Positions 33,682-48,242 of a stretch of DNA of 64,000 nt are shown piece after piece (position 1 is the first letter of the stretch; the number at the start of each line of letters is the position of its first letter). The DNA is taken from the NCBI GenBank assembly GCA_004431415.1, contig QPMI01000066.1:124001-188000 (forward strand), in the 5' to 3' direction. The position numbers and the translations under genes were made by a program. Under the pieces are notes generated by a model. That model did no database searches and was not told the origin of the DNA. It saw nothing but the letters and a program-made list of their open reading frames with translations. This stretch comes from Cyanophora paradoxa CCMP329. Its lineage: Eukaryota > Plantae > Glaucophyta.

Positions 33682-36600
33682 ATGGTTCTGCGGAAACGCA
33701 ACTCGAGCGGCCCGCGAGCTCGAGCGAACGCCGCCGGGGCTGGAGCAGCCCCGCAGCCGCTGCCTCTGCTCGTGGCCCTCGCCCTCCTAGCTGAAGTGGC
33801 GAACGCGGCATTCTGGCCCAGCTTCAACAGCACGAACTGTGCGCAATATATATATATATATATGCATTCGCTCGTGGGGCTGCCTCATAAATAAATACGG
33901 GGGGGGGGCCGCTTGCGCCGCTTGTGAATATGACAACTCATGATCAGACCTGCGGATCGGTCGCACCGGTACCGCTCCTACCCCGGACGGTCGGCGCGCC
34001 GTGAAACGCGGGCTGCAACTTCCGACGCTGCGATACGAGCTGCCGAGTGCGTGCAGAGCTTGCAGCCGGAGCAGCCCCGTGCCACGCGCATACGTTTGAC
34101 CAGCTTGCAATTGCGCGCAGTGTCGATCGAATTCAAGATGAGGTTCGCTTCGAATTCTCTTTAAGCTTCTCATTTCCTTGGGCCGAATAAAGGCAAATAA
34201 AAAAGCTGATGCACTCGTTCCGGGCAGAATGACGTATCATAACGCCGGTGAGCTCGAAGAATGATGTCTGCGCAGTTCCGGTCATTATAATTAAGCATCG
34301 TTATTACGCGCAGACACGCACATATTCGGTTCGTAAGGACACAGATCCTAACGCATCATGATCAGTAGTAGTTTAGGACGCACGGCTGACTGGAACATGC
34401 AGCCGGCGCGGCGTCAGAGGCGACGAAAGGGACCGACAACAATGCTTTATGGACGGCTGGCCACTTCTACCTCACGACTAATCTCTACGGGCCGCCATAC
34501 TCCTTTGCCACTTGTTTGGCCACAGACGGAACCGAGGGGGGGTCCGGGTACAACCTCTTCTTTGAAACTGGCGGCCGAAAGATTATCAGAGACACGAGCG
34601 GCAACACTTGGTGAGCTACGTATACTTGACAGTTGCAAGGTTTTTTTGTGCTAACAGACGTGACGCACCAGGCAACACATCGGTCTGCCCGAGTCGCACT
34701 TGCGCGACAGCGCTAGCCTGCAGCTGGCTGCCGCTCTAATATATATACTAATCTCCAACTCAGTTGTGGTTATGACTCAAGGAAGTGGAATCACAGCCGT
34801 GGTAGTGTACGTGGACGGCACCCCGTACTACCCGGAAGGCTCCGTCAACCAATTGGAACCGCTTAATGCCGGCGACCGCATCATCAACTACATCGGTAAA
34901 CAAATCTGGAAGTTCGATACGGCCACCAGCATGACCGGCGTCGACATGATGGGCTTCAGGTGATCGATATCCTCGGAAAGAAATTGATCACGAGGCTCTC
35001 TCAACTTTTGTGATTTAATCTTGTTTGGCGGTAGGATATGGCAGGGGGCCCTGCAGCAGGCCGACGTGACGTCCCTCAAGAACGGGAACGGGCTCACCAC
35101 CAATATGGGCGTCCTCGTCTACTACGAGTTCGACACGTCGGGTGTGCTTGCAATTGGATCTGTTCGCAGAGATAACCTTAGATAGCCGCGCGCTCTAGAT
35201 CTGGATTGCTGCGAATCAGCGCATAGCTTCGAGTTCGCCGACTCGTGTTTTGTTCCGACCAGGTCAAGCCGCGGGCACCAAGGTGAACGTTAACCAAGCT
35301 TCGGCTTCAAGCCGTCGCGACCGCAGCCGGGCGCCGTGTTTGTGCTGAGCGGTCCTCCCACAGGACCTGAGTGGTAACGGCAAGGACGCGGTGGCCGTGC
35401 TCGGGGACGTCGACACGATCGCGCCGACGTTCTGGCCCAGCCTCGGCTTAACCGGAGAGAAATGTGCGTGTACGGGGTCCGAACGTCTGCTTCGGTTTCG
35501 TGCCCGGCGCTAACTGGACACAGCGCTGCGGTTCGGCACCACCGGCGGGGCTGGAGGCACGCGCTTCCTGACCTTACCAACGCTGGTCATCATGCTGCCT
35601 CGTGCGCTTTAATTTTGCGCTCGCGATCGGTTTGTTTCTGTACCCCCGAATGACTGCTCGGCCGCCGGCCGCGGGTAGTTACCATAGAGTTCACCTTCTC
35701 CCTTTCTGAACTCCAGGACGGAGGATGCATCTTCGGTTCGTCATCATTAACATTGTTTTCTCTTCGCGTTGCCGCGCACGCGCTCAAAATCTAGAGTTGC
35801 TGCCCGAACGTACGAGCTGCTGGCCGAACGTATACGCACGCGTGCGCAGGTCTCGACGCGAGCTCCGGCGACAAGAAGATCGAACTGCGGTTCGTGAAGG
35901 ACACCGCCGGAACGAAGAACAAGATGCTGCTGTACGTGGACGGCGAAGGTGGAAACTCGGGACAGGTCGAACTCTTCTCGAGTGGAGGGACCGGCCTCGT
36001 CGACGTGAGCGAGGCCTTGAGCTTGTTTAATTCGAACGTTCCGGATCCCTCTGTCTGTCTGACAACAAGGTGTCGCACGTAGGTGAATACATGGTATCAC
36101 GCAGGCGAGCACAGCGCTTCCTCGATATCGATGACTTCACCTCTTACAGTGTGAGCCCGCGCAGTTGTGGTGATAGACCATACAATGACACCGAACGGCG
36201 ACGGCGCTGGCAACCTCGTGCCGACGGCAACTACGTTCGCCAGCTACCTGAACGGTGTCGCGCGCACGCCCGGCGCAACGAGCTTTGCCAAGGAGACGGG
36301 CGGCTTCGCGCGCTTCGGCTTTATCGTGCGCAGCGCTTGCGGAGGGATGCGCGGGCCTCTGTGATCGCGACTTGCACCGCAGGGACAGCCGACGTCCGGA
36401 GGGCCACCCTTCTTGTCGGGCGTCTATCTCTCCGGCTTCCGCCTCTGGAACACGGCCCTCACCGCCGCCCAAGTAACCTCCCTCTACCAAGGCTCTGGGG
36501 CAGTCGGCTCGGTCAACCTCTACTACCGCTTCGACGACTCGAGCTTCGGCACGACCGTCAAGGCGCGGCGCCGGATCGGAGCCCGAATCTGAGAGCGCGG

Positions 36601-39600
36601 ACTGACGCGAGCGAGCAGGACTACAGTGGGTCCAGCAGTCCGGCGACATTCACCGGGGACGTCTCGCTGTGGCCCATCACTTACGGTAAATATGAATAAC
36701 GTGGCAGTCTCCTGCGCAAAATTAAAGCTCTTCTCCTTCGAATTCCTTTGCAGGGGAAAAGCCGCCAATGCTTCCGGCCGACTACAAATTGGGCGACGGC
36801 GAGTACAAGGCCTGCGCAGGCTGGCCAGGAGTTGCAGGGGCGCCCTCCGTTGGTACGCAGCGAATCCGCGGTCGCCACAGCACCGCACCCTTACGGTCTA
36901 GCCTGTTTGCAGGCCTAGGAACCACTGGTCTGGGATCATCGGCCAAGTTTGCGACTGGCGGTTCGGGGCCACTGCAGGGTGCAGAAGCTTCTAGAGTGCG
37001 GCCATAGTTTTCATATTCTCACCACTGCAATGTTCGACAGCCCTTGCATTCTCTTCTTCTGATGGTGTGTTGAGTTGTTCCTTTGCTAATTTACAAACTG
37101 ATTGCACTTATTAAACGAGCCCAATAACAGCGAGCCTGTACGCGAGCACCGAAACCGCAATGTGGCGCCTCGACGGGTACGACGACACTGGCACAAAAAC
37201 CAGGGTCACGCTTGCGGCCGGATGGTTGACGGTCCCGTCGGACTGCATGAACATGGCCACTGGGCAGACTATCCCGGCCGTCAGCTCGACTGTCCGATTC
37301 AAGTGCGGATGCGTTTTGCTGAAGGCGCTTTGCCAAAGCTAACACAGCTCATGCAGGTACCTCCAGGGCCTTTCTGCTGGCACGGGAGCGCACGCGGGCA
37401 AGATTTTCTTTGCCGACGCCGGGCACGAGTCTTCGGCCCTTTGCACCTCGGCCGTCGGCTACCTGAACGTCTCGGCGTCCACTCTTTCCGTGCTCTGGCA
37501 CAGCTCAGTGCCCGGTTCCGGTGCCATGACCAGGGCGCACTCGGTCGCGTATCACGACAGCCACGTGTACTTTGGTGTCCGCGGCCCTACCGGCCTCTGG
37601 GTCATCCCTGCCTCTGGTGAGCTAAGCATCTGCATTATGATCATGAGCTAGCGCTCATGATCAATTTTGGTAGCGGCGTTTAATTGCTCCTGCAGGTGGG
37701 ACTGCCACATTGCTTACAGACTTCGCCGGGTTAACGGGCACCATCGGAAACGCTGCAAAAGATGGGCTTGCAATAGACTCGACGTCGCAGTCAACAAAAG
37801 TATACGCTTACATGGTTCGAGCCTACGTAGCCCGTCCTCAGTTTCCGTGAAAAAGCAAACTGGCGCGCGAACGTTAACAGGGTCTGGAGAACGGAGATGC
37901 CATCGATGGCGCAAGTTCGGGGCGGGTTTTTAAGGCACGTTCTTGCGCTAACATGCAGCACATATATATTTTACGACTGCAGGCTGACGGTCGTGTCGCT
38001 TGCAGATTGACGTCACCGATTTGGCCAGCGTGTCTGTCGTCGAGTTTGCCCCTGGCATTGCAAAGAAACAGTGGATGGGCGGCATTGCAATCGTACAGAC
38101 TACGTGAGCCGCGATCGAACAACCTTAAAAAAAAGCTTCAATGCTTCCCCGGACACCTGCAGCTGCTGGCTGACTCACTTCCGTGCAGAAACGGGTTCTG
38201 GAGGCTGCTGGTCAACACAGACGAGAGCGGTTCGAACGGTCTCCTCTCCTTCAACTCGAGCGGGACCCTTCAGCCTGATGAGACGCTGAAGTCAGTCAAG
38301 TCCTACGATGGGTGCGCATGCGTCGATGTCGGAGTTAAAGACCAGTGCAACAGTGTTTGATCGCGTGTCCACTGCGCAGATCCGCGACCTACACGAGCGC
38401 GTGGGCCGGCATTGCTGACCTCGGAGTCCGAGACGCACCCGTTTTCTACCAGTCGTGGCAAGGAAGGGTGATCTACATCCATCGGTGTGTTTGTCTGCAT
38501 CATCTGGGGTGGCGTACAGCATCCTGACGTCTAGATCTGTTATCGACAGGCTCGATATGCCCTCGAGCTGGCCGCCGCTCTCGACGTCGACCGCCGCCTA
38601 CTTCGGCTACACTGGGGGCTACAGAGGCTCTCGACGCATTGTAGTCCCGGGAACGATTACGTGCGACCGTTTATATACCGCTCTAGATCTTTTTAGATGC
38701 CCTCGCTGATTCTTGGTCATTGCAGTTACAAAGCTCCATTGTCGTTCGAGTTCAACCTTAAGGCTCGCCCTTTCGCATCCGTTCCTGCTCCTAATTTGAT
38801 CAAGAGCTGATCTATCATTGCCAGCTAACACAAGAACAAGATTCTGCCACGGCCACCCGGGTTTTTGACTTTGGAGACGCGGCGGAGGGCAATTGGAACA
38901 ATAACATCGTGCGATCTTCCCCTTCCGCCCGGCGTAGCGTACCCGTCTGCTAACCAGACGCACAGCTCGTTTACTTCGACAACATGAAACTGCGAATGGC
39001 TTTCTACACGAACGGGACCAACCCGATCGCGAACTACTTTGCGCTGCAAAGCGGCGTCCTCGAGGTTTGTAGCGCAGCCTTTCGTTTTTCGTAGAGTATA
39101 CGTACCGAACACCCCCTCGCAGGTCAACGTTTGGTACCACTTCAGTGAGCGATCTTGAAACAGCACGGCGGTTAAGATCAACGATCGCAAGCGCGACGGT
39201 GCTGCCCTCTAGATCTGCTCACGCCTCTTGGCAGTTATCTGCGTTGGGGCGGACGGCGACGTGCGTACATGGATAAATGGGGAGCGGTTTAACAACGAGA
39301 ATGTGACGACGGGCTTGTTCACTACACGTCCGGCCAATGCGACGAATATCGTCCCAGTCGAAGGGACGCGCCGCACGTCCTTCATCGGAGTCTCAATCAT
39401 ACCTTCCGCGGACTCCTACCTCACAGGTTTGTGAATTCAAACTCAGTCCTCGAATTGCAACGCAGTGCCAGCGCTATCTCACGCCAACCGAACTCGGAAG
39501 GGGCTTACCTCGGCGGCTTCCGCATCTGGCGCAAGACGCTCTCCGCCGCTGAGGTAGCCGACCTCCGCGCTGGGAACTCGGTTACCGGTACCCTCTCCTT

Positions 39601-42600
39601 CTACTACACCTTTGATGAAGCGCCGGCCGTACGCGCGACCCCCCGGGGCCCCCGCTTGCGGCAAATTCGAATCTAACGAGCCGCGCACAGAGCAAAAAGG
39701 CCGCGGACCTGTCGGTGCGCGCGTTTCGGTCACGCCCGCGCGTCGCTCTCGCTCACCGCACGGCAATGTACGCAGGGATTCCAAAGGAACGCGACGGTCT
39801 CCGGCGACGTCTCTTTTGTCAAGTTCTCCAGCTGGCCGAGCTTCGCGCTGCCCGCTCCGCAGGGTCTGCGACCTGTGGCCTTCCGTTTCGCGTGCGGAGC
39901 TGACGCTTCTCTGGGACGGCAGCTCTGCTGTTCGGAACGGCGGGGGGCAACGCGGGCGAGCGGGGCATGGAGATTCCGATCCTGGCTGAAGTTCGGCTTC
40001 CCCGTGCGGTTTTGGATGGGCATGCTTCCCCCCTTCGATTCTGCTGAGCCTTGCACCCGTGCGCAGTTACGATCGAGGTGGTGTTCAGCATCACGGCTTT
40101 ACAGAGCACCGGCGCCCGCATTCTCGGTGCTCTAGATCTAGATCTCCTACACGCCAACCACACGGAAGTACCGCGGCCGCTGACCTGCTCGTCGGTTGGC
40201 AGACCTCGGCGCTGGGGAGGCGGACAAGAATCTTCTGCTCTACTTTGTGCAGGACAGCGCGGTGGACTCGAACTTCCTCGCGCTGAAAATCTACACTGGG
40301 ACCACGGCGTCGAACGTCGTGGAGCTCTTTAAGGAGAACGGCGCGGGCGTCATCGTCGTGCGCTCGCTTTCGTCTTATCTTGATCCGTGATTGGAAAAGC
40401 CGATCGATCGTTCTCGCAGCCCGACACTTGGTGCGCTTCCTCTCATGAGTAGAAGTGCTGACCCCATCGTAGCTCGCGCCCGCTCACTCGCGCGATCGCT
40501 CCGATCCGTCCATCGTGCGCGTGTAGGTACCACGCCGGTTCGTCGATGTCCCTTCCATCGCCCCTCGCCGACCATGTGGGAAATGAGAGCGCGCGCAGTG
40601 ATCGTCATGGAGACCGGGGTCGGCACGACGTACGGAGTGAAGAGCTACCTTAACAACGTCACGTACCCCGCGAGCAGCGCTCTTAACGCCACGCTGCAGT
40701 ACATCACCCGCACCAAGAACTACCTGGGCAAATCCAACTGGCTATCAGTGCGTCCACTAGGACTCCCGACCGGTTCTTTCGTGGACCGACGCGGCCCTCC
40801 GCCCGCCGCGCAGGACCCTTACATGACCGAGGCCTTCGTCTCGGGCCTGCGGCTCTGGAGCACAACGCTCTCCGCCGCGGACGTCGCGTCGCTGTTCGCG
40901 GGCGCGGGCGCCGCCGGCTCCGTCCTGGTCGAGTACCGCTTCGACGGCTCCGGCACCACCGTCAAGGTGCCGCCGACCCAGTATTTGCCGCAGCCCTGGA
41001 TGTGGAGCTCAGCCGTTTCCGGGCGCAGGACTACAGCGGGAACAAACTCGACGCGACCATCTTCGGAGACGCCACCATCGCCCCCACGACGGTGGACCCT
41101 AGCACGGCCACGGGCGTGCCCTTGGGCTCCTGCGGTGCGTTTCGCCCAGCTTTTTCACCGTGCCGTGTTTTAACAATACTCGCACCCACAGGGCTGCAGT
41201 TCGGCGCCAACGCCGGCCGCACCGGCCTTTCGATCGCGGGCCCTGCTGTGTCTCTCTCTAACTTCACCCTAGAGCTGTGGTGCGTCCTCGCTCTCTGCCG
41301 TCCCGCCTCTGCTCTAGCTCTTGAAGCTCTAAACTCGCGCACGGCAGGCTCCAGCAAACAAGCCCGCAGGTCGGGGGCGCCCGTCTCTTCGAGGTCGGCG
41401 GCTCCGGCGGCAGCAGCGCCGACACGCTCTACATGGCCGCCTACCCCGACTTCGTGCGGCTCGGCGTCTTCGACTCGGCGGGCGCTGAGAGCTACACCGA
41501 CCTCTTTAAGATCACCAAAGGCCTTCCGGTGCGCGCAGCGTCCGCTCTCTCGCGATTGCAATTCGCGGCTGATTCGCGCGCTCTCACAGACTCAGAACTG
41601 GGTCCGCTTCTCATGATCAGAGTGTGCGGTCCCGCCGGCGCCGCTGCTCGCTGACGTCGGCGCGTCCCCCGCAGACGCACGTCATGATCACGGTCGAGAG
41701 CACTCCCGGCAGCGCCTCGGGCGTGGACATCAAGTCCTACCTCAACTTCGCCCTCGTCGACACCAAGGGGGCGGACTGGCAGGCGGCCCTCGCCAGCATC
41801 AGCGCCGTGTCGACGCGGGGCTACGTCGGCGGGAGCTCCGGGGCGCCGGCGGAGCTGCAGAACGTCACGCTCGGCTACGTTCGCCTCTGGAGCGCCGCGG
41901 AGAACGTCACGGTGCGAGATGGCAAGGCCACACGTCCGTTCGGGTCGACGCGGCTGATCATGAGACCGGCTCGCAGATCCTCAAGAGCAACTACACTGCG
42001 CTCCCGAGCGGAGACCTCCAGATGTTCTACCGCCTGGACGAGCCCCCCGTGCGCTTCCCCGGTCTTCCTACGAATTCGAACACGAGCGTGCTGACCGCCG
42101 GCGCAGCACGTGCTTCGCGCCGCCGACGTGTCGAGGGCGGGCGCCTCGCGGGAAGCGGCGCTGGCGGGCCCCAACGCGAACTTCTCCTGCGCGATCCCTG
42201 TGACAGTCACCGTCGATCTGAACGTCTACGTCGTCAAGCTTCGCTTCCGTGCACCGCAGTCGACTATGTGGGCGGGGCCGGCAAGCATCGACACGAAGTG
42301 CGTCGGCGCGCCGGTCAACTTCACGGCGGCGCTGCACAACCTCCAGCAGCGGAGCTCCTTCGCCATCGAGTCACGCAAGGTCTCCCGCCCGAGCCAGACG
42401 TTCGAGCTGTACCCCGGCTTCCGCTACACCTGCACCTCCCTGCTGTCTGTCGTCGCGAGCAACCAGTCCTTTGTCGTCGCCACGCTGTTGGCGCCCGCCT
42501 TCAGCACGCCCGCGATACCGCCTGCGCTGCCCCTGCAGCCTCCGACACCGACCCTCCTCTTCTACAGCGACCAGGTCCTCGTCGTGCAGGTGCGGCTTCA

Positions 42601-45600
42601 GTAATCAGTTCTCTCATCTCAAGAAATAAGAATTAAGAGCGAGGCTTGCAGATTAATGTGCAGAAGGAGGTTCTCTACCCGCCGATCTCCTTTTGCGACC
42701 TTTACATCCTCGTCGGCAACGAGGTCCTGGGTGCGCGAGCGAATTCTAGGCGTCCGCTTGTACTCCCCTCCGTCGCGTTTAAGCTCGGCCGGCGATTCTC
42801 AGGTCACGCGGTGGCCGCGGCGCCCGACCTGCAGACGGTCATCGGGCGGAGGGCAAGCATGCGGGGGCTCAAGCACAACACAAACTACACGTGCCCCCGC
42901 TGCCGCCGATCTCGAGCTGCCGCTGCTAGGCTTCGCTGAGCACGTGCATGCATGCGGCAGGTTTTTCTCGCGCTGCACGAACGACGCCGGTGTCGGTGCG
43001 TGCCCAGCACTGCGAAAAATTGGGAAACCAAACACAGATCTCTAAGGTCTACGCGCTCGTGCAGGTCCCAATTCGCAGCTCGTCACTTTCACAAGTGCGC
43101 TCCATCCCGCTGCATGTACTTCACTCGTGGTTGACATCAGTTGGGCGCACAGCTGACGGCCCGCCGCGCGAGCCCCTGCGGCCGTTCCGGTCGCGTGCAT
43201 CCAACTCTTCGTTCTCGCTGCTCATCTACAAGCCATACATCCCGCCCTACTACAAGTACCCCGCGGGCTCGTTCGTCTGCAAGGCTTTCATCGTCGGCAT
43301 CGATTCGGGAGCTATGCGGGTTTGCATCGACACGCTGATCATGAGACCTCTTTTCAATGAGGGTGCGGCTGACGCTGCAGCTCTCCTCAGGCGGAGATTG
43401 CAAATGTGACTCTCGACGAGTTTGGCGCGGCGTCCTTCGTGCAACGCGATATTTCCTCCTACCCCGTCGGATCTTCGAGGGCTCCCGTGGGCTTGGGCAA
43501 GTACCAGATCGTGTCCATGTGCTCGAACATCTACGGCGTCGGCCCGGACAGCATCACGACTGTTTTCACAGTGACGGGTGCGCTTTTTGTGCACCTTTCT
43601 TCTTCGACCATCGCTGAGCTCCCATGCACACATTGCATGCAGACGGCGTTCCTCCCAGCGCGCCGACGATTGTCTCCGTCGAATCGCGCATCAAGTCAGC
43701 CATCGTGACGTACCGCCCGGCGCTCTCGAGCATCGGCGAGCTGCAGCACTGCTCGGGGACGGTCGGCGGCGCCGACTCCGAAGTCTTCCGCACGGCCCGC
43801 GTGCTCAACGACCGCGAGGTCAACAGGGGCGACGGGTGCGAGCCCGCACGCTTCTGGAGAGCGAGCGGGCGGCACGCGCTCAGCCGCACGGCGCAGGTCC
43901 CAGCTGTACTGCATCGCCGCGAACAAGACGGACGCCGACGTCTGCGGGTCGCTCGAGGAGGGCGCCATCAAGGACGTCTCCGTGCTCCTCTCCGACCTGC
44001 AGCCCCGGACGACGTACACGCTCGTGGTCACCTGCTCCAACCTGAACGGGCCGGGGATCGAGGCCACGACGGAATTCACCACGAACTGTGCGCTCTGGAC
44101 TCACAGGATTTTCTCGGGTGCGGAGCCTCTAAACGTTAACGCGCCGCACGCAGACATGCCGCCGCCGAGCAGCCTCAAGCAAGTCGCGTCCGAGGTGGGA
44201 GCTCGAGCGCCCCGCACCCATTCGAACGCCCCTCTACCGGCTGACCGCTCGCGTCGCCTCATCATCAGGCCCAGTACGTGAGCGTATCTTTCGAGCCGGG
44301 CAACGGGGGAGGCCTGCGAGTAGAGCGCTGCTCGCTGTTTGTGAACGGGGCGCTGACATGTGCGCCTTTATTGCCCCGTGGCCCTCGCGATCGCAATTGC
44401 AAGCCAAAGCCGAAACGAGCGCAGCCACCGTCGATGTCGCGTCGCAGCAACCCATCATTGCCACAAACCCAAAGGTCTTTGAGCTGAAGCCCAAGACATC
44501 ATACGGTGCGGCTCTTTTGGGGCTCTCCGCGACAGCGCTCTCCCTGACAGCCCGCATCGCAGGCGCGGTCGTTGAGTGCAGCAACCCGTGCGGAATCTGA
44601 CCTCCTAAGACCTCTCCGAGTCTCCAAATTTTAACCAGTTCCTGGCCGTGGTGCAGGGAGGCCACGGCACAATCGCAGAGCTTAACCGTCCAAACTAAAG
44701 ATTCATGTGCGTTGACGCTGTTCGGATTCTCGTTTCTGGCCGCCGCAGCAGCCGTTTCGAGCCATCGCGCATGCGCAGCCGTCCTCATCGACTTTTCCAA
44801 GATAAAGAACCTCACTACGAACGACCGCGGAGAGCTCGTCGGAACGGGTGCTCGCCGGCGGGTTCCCAGCACATTCGAATTCCCGTCTAAATCGCCTTCC
44901 GGCAGTCGTGAACCAGCCTCCCTCCTGCAAAACCAGACAGGCGAAACATTGCCTGTATCCGGACTGGTGTAACAAGCAGCCGGGTGTGAGTCACGCGAAC
45001 CTGGCGTACCAAAAGTGCAGAAGGGACGCCTCGGAGTTCTGCAGGGTGCGCTCGGGCTCGGGCTCCAGCCCCCCCGTGGCCGGCTGCGAGCACTGGAGAT
45101 CGTGAGCGCCCCGCAGGTCATAAAGTTGGGCGTCCATAAGTTCGGGCCGAAGTACCCCCAGTGGTACACCATTTCACAGTGTCCTCCCGACGTGAAGACG
45201 GTGGTGGCTGGCTGTGAGCCCTTTAAATTGTCGCGATTTCGGAGTCGCGACGGCCCCCAGACCCTGATCATGACAGCCCCTTTGCGCCGCAGACCCCGTG
45301 ACGCTCAAGGTCTCCGTCGTGGGCAAGAAGCGGGCGCTCCTGCAGGCAACGGGCGCGGACGCCTGCATTTCGAAGGGCATCATTCAGGCCGACCCCGCGA
45401 ACGGGATCGAGTGCGGGCTCTACGAGGACACTCGCGGGGAGCCCGTGTCGGGCAATTCGGTGACTGTCTGCAGACGGGTCAACGCCTCGGCGTGCGCATT
45501 TTCGCCCATTTTCAATGCCTTAAGCGTTTAATTCCGGGGCGCAGCGAAACTGACGACATTGTCGGCTCCAAGTACTGCTTCGCGAGGTGCGATTGCCGAT

Positions 45601-48242
45601 CGCCGTCTTTCGGACGCACGCGGATTTAATTTCTGACCGTCCCTCTCCGGATACCGGCAGCGCGAACAAGATCATCGTGCGCATGCATCGCTGCAGTTCT
45701 TTTCGCTCTGTTCGATTTCCGGAGACGCGGACTGACGGAAAACAGGACCCGGCCACCGGGAAAGTGTCCGTCAACATGCCGGAGGACCTGCCCGAGGCGC
45801 ACGACCTCGCCCCCGTGGACGCGCAGTCCCGGCGCCTGCTGCAGGCCGACGGCGACAGTGGCCCCGTCTTCAATTCCCAGTCCGGATACGGTACGGTTCA
45901 TTTGGCTAGGTTGTCGCGCCGGGACCGTGCTCACACGCTCCGATCCGCTAGATATGAGCTTGAAGGACACGCGAACCGGCGACACCGTCACGATCGTCGG
46001 CGTGTGTACCGCTTGAATCTCTCCCCTCTCCTCGATCGTGAGCACAGTCCGACCGCGCGCCGGCGCAGGGCGCCGTCATCCCGGCGAAAACTTCCGGTGA
46101 GACGCGTCCCCTGGTGCGTGGCTCTCCAGGCCTAGGGGTGACGCCTCGCCCCGGCCCGCGTCGCAGGCATCGGAATGCCGACGGGCGTCTACGTGTCGAC
46201 GCGGACGTACCGCTCGATCACCGTCAGCTTCGACGTGCCTCCTATCTCGGGCGTCAACTCTGCCGGAGACCTCTTGAGCATCAACACGGTGCGCCCGCTG
46301 CGCCCTCCCGGCGCGGCCCGCCGCCCGCCCGCGCCTCAATTCCGCCGCAGTGTTCCCTCCTGTCGCTGGACATGGGCGGCTCGGGCGCCACGACGGAGGT
46401 CGCGCGGGCCGCCGTCCCCCTCGACAGCCAGGGCTCCCCCGCGGCTTCCATGAAGCTCGTCGCCGACAAGCTCGCCCCCGGCACCGCCTACCGCCTCGCT
46501 GTCGTCTGCAGCAACGCCTACGGCGACGGCAACGTGAGCGCCGCCGTCCAGGCCTCCACGAAGCGTGCGCGCGCCGCGCCTTCGCCACGAGTCTTCAATT
46601 GCGCCTCTGCCAAACGTGATCCTGTGTGTGTGTGAGCAGAGGCGAGCTTTGTGCTCTCCGGCGAGAAGACCGCCGCCTCGCCCGACGGCACCTTTTCGCT
46701 CCCCGGTGGGCGCCTCCTCAACGTGGCGCCCGGTGCGGGCGAGGCCGCCCGCACCGCCTGTCTGCCCGGCTCCTACATCTCCCTCCCGACGGTGCGGCCC
46801 CCGATCGCGACCTGCCCGCGCACCTCCGTTCTTTAATTATAAGGCTCGCGCTTTTCGCGGGGCCGCAGGTTCGGCTCGGCACCTTCTCGAGCGACGGGAC
46901 GCCTCTCGCGGAGAGCCCGTCGATGGGCCTCGCCGCCTCCCTCTCCCCGCCCATCGACGCCGCCTCGCCGCAGCCCGCGACCCAGCTCTGCGTCGGTGCG
47001 GCCCGGGACGCGCGTGCATGCAGCACCGGCTCGGAAATTAAACGCCGGCGCCGCTGACCTGCCCGCCAGTGTTGCCGGGGTCGCCCTTCGCCTCCGCCTC
47101 CTCGACGACGACCCGCCGGCTCTCTGCCGCGGCGTCCGCGTCGACACTCTCGCTGGGGACCCCCTACGACCTCGCCCTCTCCGACGCGACCTCAACAGTC
47201 GTCGTCAAGGACGTGCGCCGCTCGGATGCCTAGAGCTTAAACGCGCAGACTTAAACGTTAACGGGGAGCCGCGTGCGCGTGCGCAGGCCGTCATGTGGCA
47301 GCGGGCGGGCAGCCTCAACTTCACGACCCTGAACTGCACCTCCGCCGGCGCCCTCGTGCGCTGCAGGCGCCGCGCCGGCGCCGGCTCGGTCGTCCGCATC
47401 CCGGTGCGGGCGGCCGGCGCCCCCGCCGGCACCGTCCAGCTCTCCTGGCCCGGCACTTTCACGGCGGCCCCGACCCAGGTGCCCGAACTGCATCTATGCG
47501 AAACACAGGGCGCTGAGGCTTTAATTTCCGCACTGCGGCAGGTCCACGTCGGCTCCTTCGACGGCGCCGGCAACGCCATCTGCGCCGCGTCTGCCACCGA
47601 CGTCCGCGTCGCGGACGGCTCGCTCGTGTTCAGTGCGCGGCCTTCAGACGGCCCCAACCTGTATTCTTCCCGTGCTCACCGCGCCCCGCTCTCGCAGAGG
47701 TGCCGGACTCGCCCCCCTCGGGCTGCGAGGTCGGCCCCAGCCGGACGCGCGCCCTCCTGATGACGACGGACTCGCAATACGCCGTCCGCATCCGTCAGGC
47801 CGACGGCGAGATCGTTATTCTCGACGAGGTGCCCCACGAGCCGACCGCCACGTCCCGCAGGAGTCCTGATCATGACGCCGCCCCCGCAGGTTTTCGTGTG
47901 GATCGCCTCCCCGACGGCCCTCTCCGCGTGGGGCGCCAACGAAGCACGCACTGGCAGCGCGGCGGGCGGCAGCGGCAACAACAAGGACCTGGGCATCGGC
48001 CTCGGGCTCGGCCTCGGGCTCGGATTCGTCCTCGCCCTCGCCGCCGTCGTCTGGTTCACGCACCGGCGCAAGAACTCCGCGCGCCCCGCCGCAATCGGTA
48101 CCCGCCCCGGCGCGGATCCGGACTCCAATGGTACGATCAATCAATTGCGACCCCGGCCCTCTCGCTCGGCTTACACCCCTTCTCAGGGGTGGTGCTGCCC
48201 GCCGCCCACGTGCACGGCCAGTATTCCACGGTCCATCTCTAG
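33682..48242 (+). CDS. Giant type-I membrane protein: signal peptide, at least 5 LamG/concanavalin-like domains, ~5 FN3-like domains, TM helix, short tail; dozens of exons
   Basis: N-term ..PLPLLVALALLAEVANA; LamG ends GFRIWQGALQQADV, GFRLWNTALTAAQV, GFRIWRKTLSAAEV, GLRLWSTTLSAADV, GYVRLWSAAE followed by YxxD; FN3 LSDLQPRTTYTLVVTCSN, KLAPGTAYRLAVVCSNAYG; TM LGIGLGLGLGLGFVLALAAVVWF-THRRK; last exon GVVLPAAHVHGQYSTVHL* (stop at 48270 if the last intron is not spliced). Confidence 0.75.
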
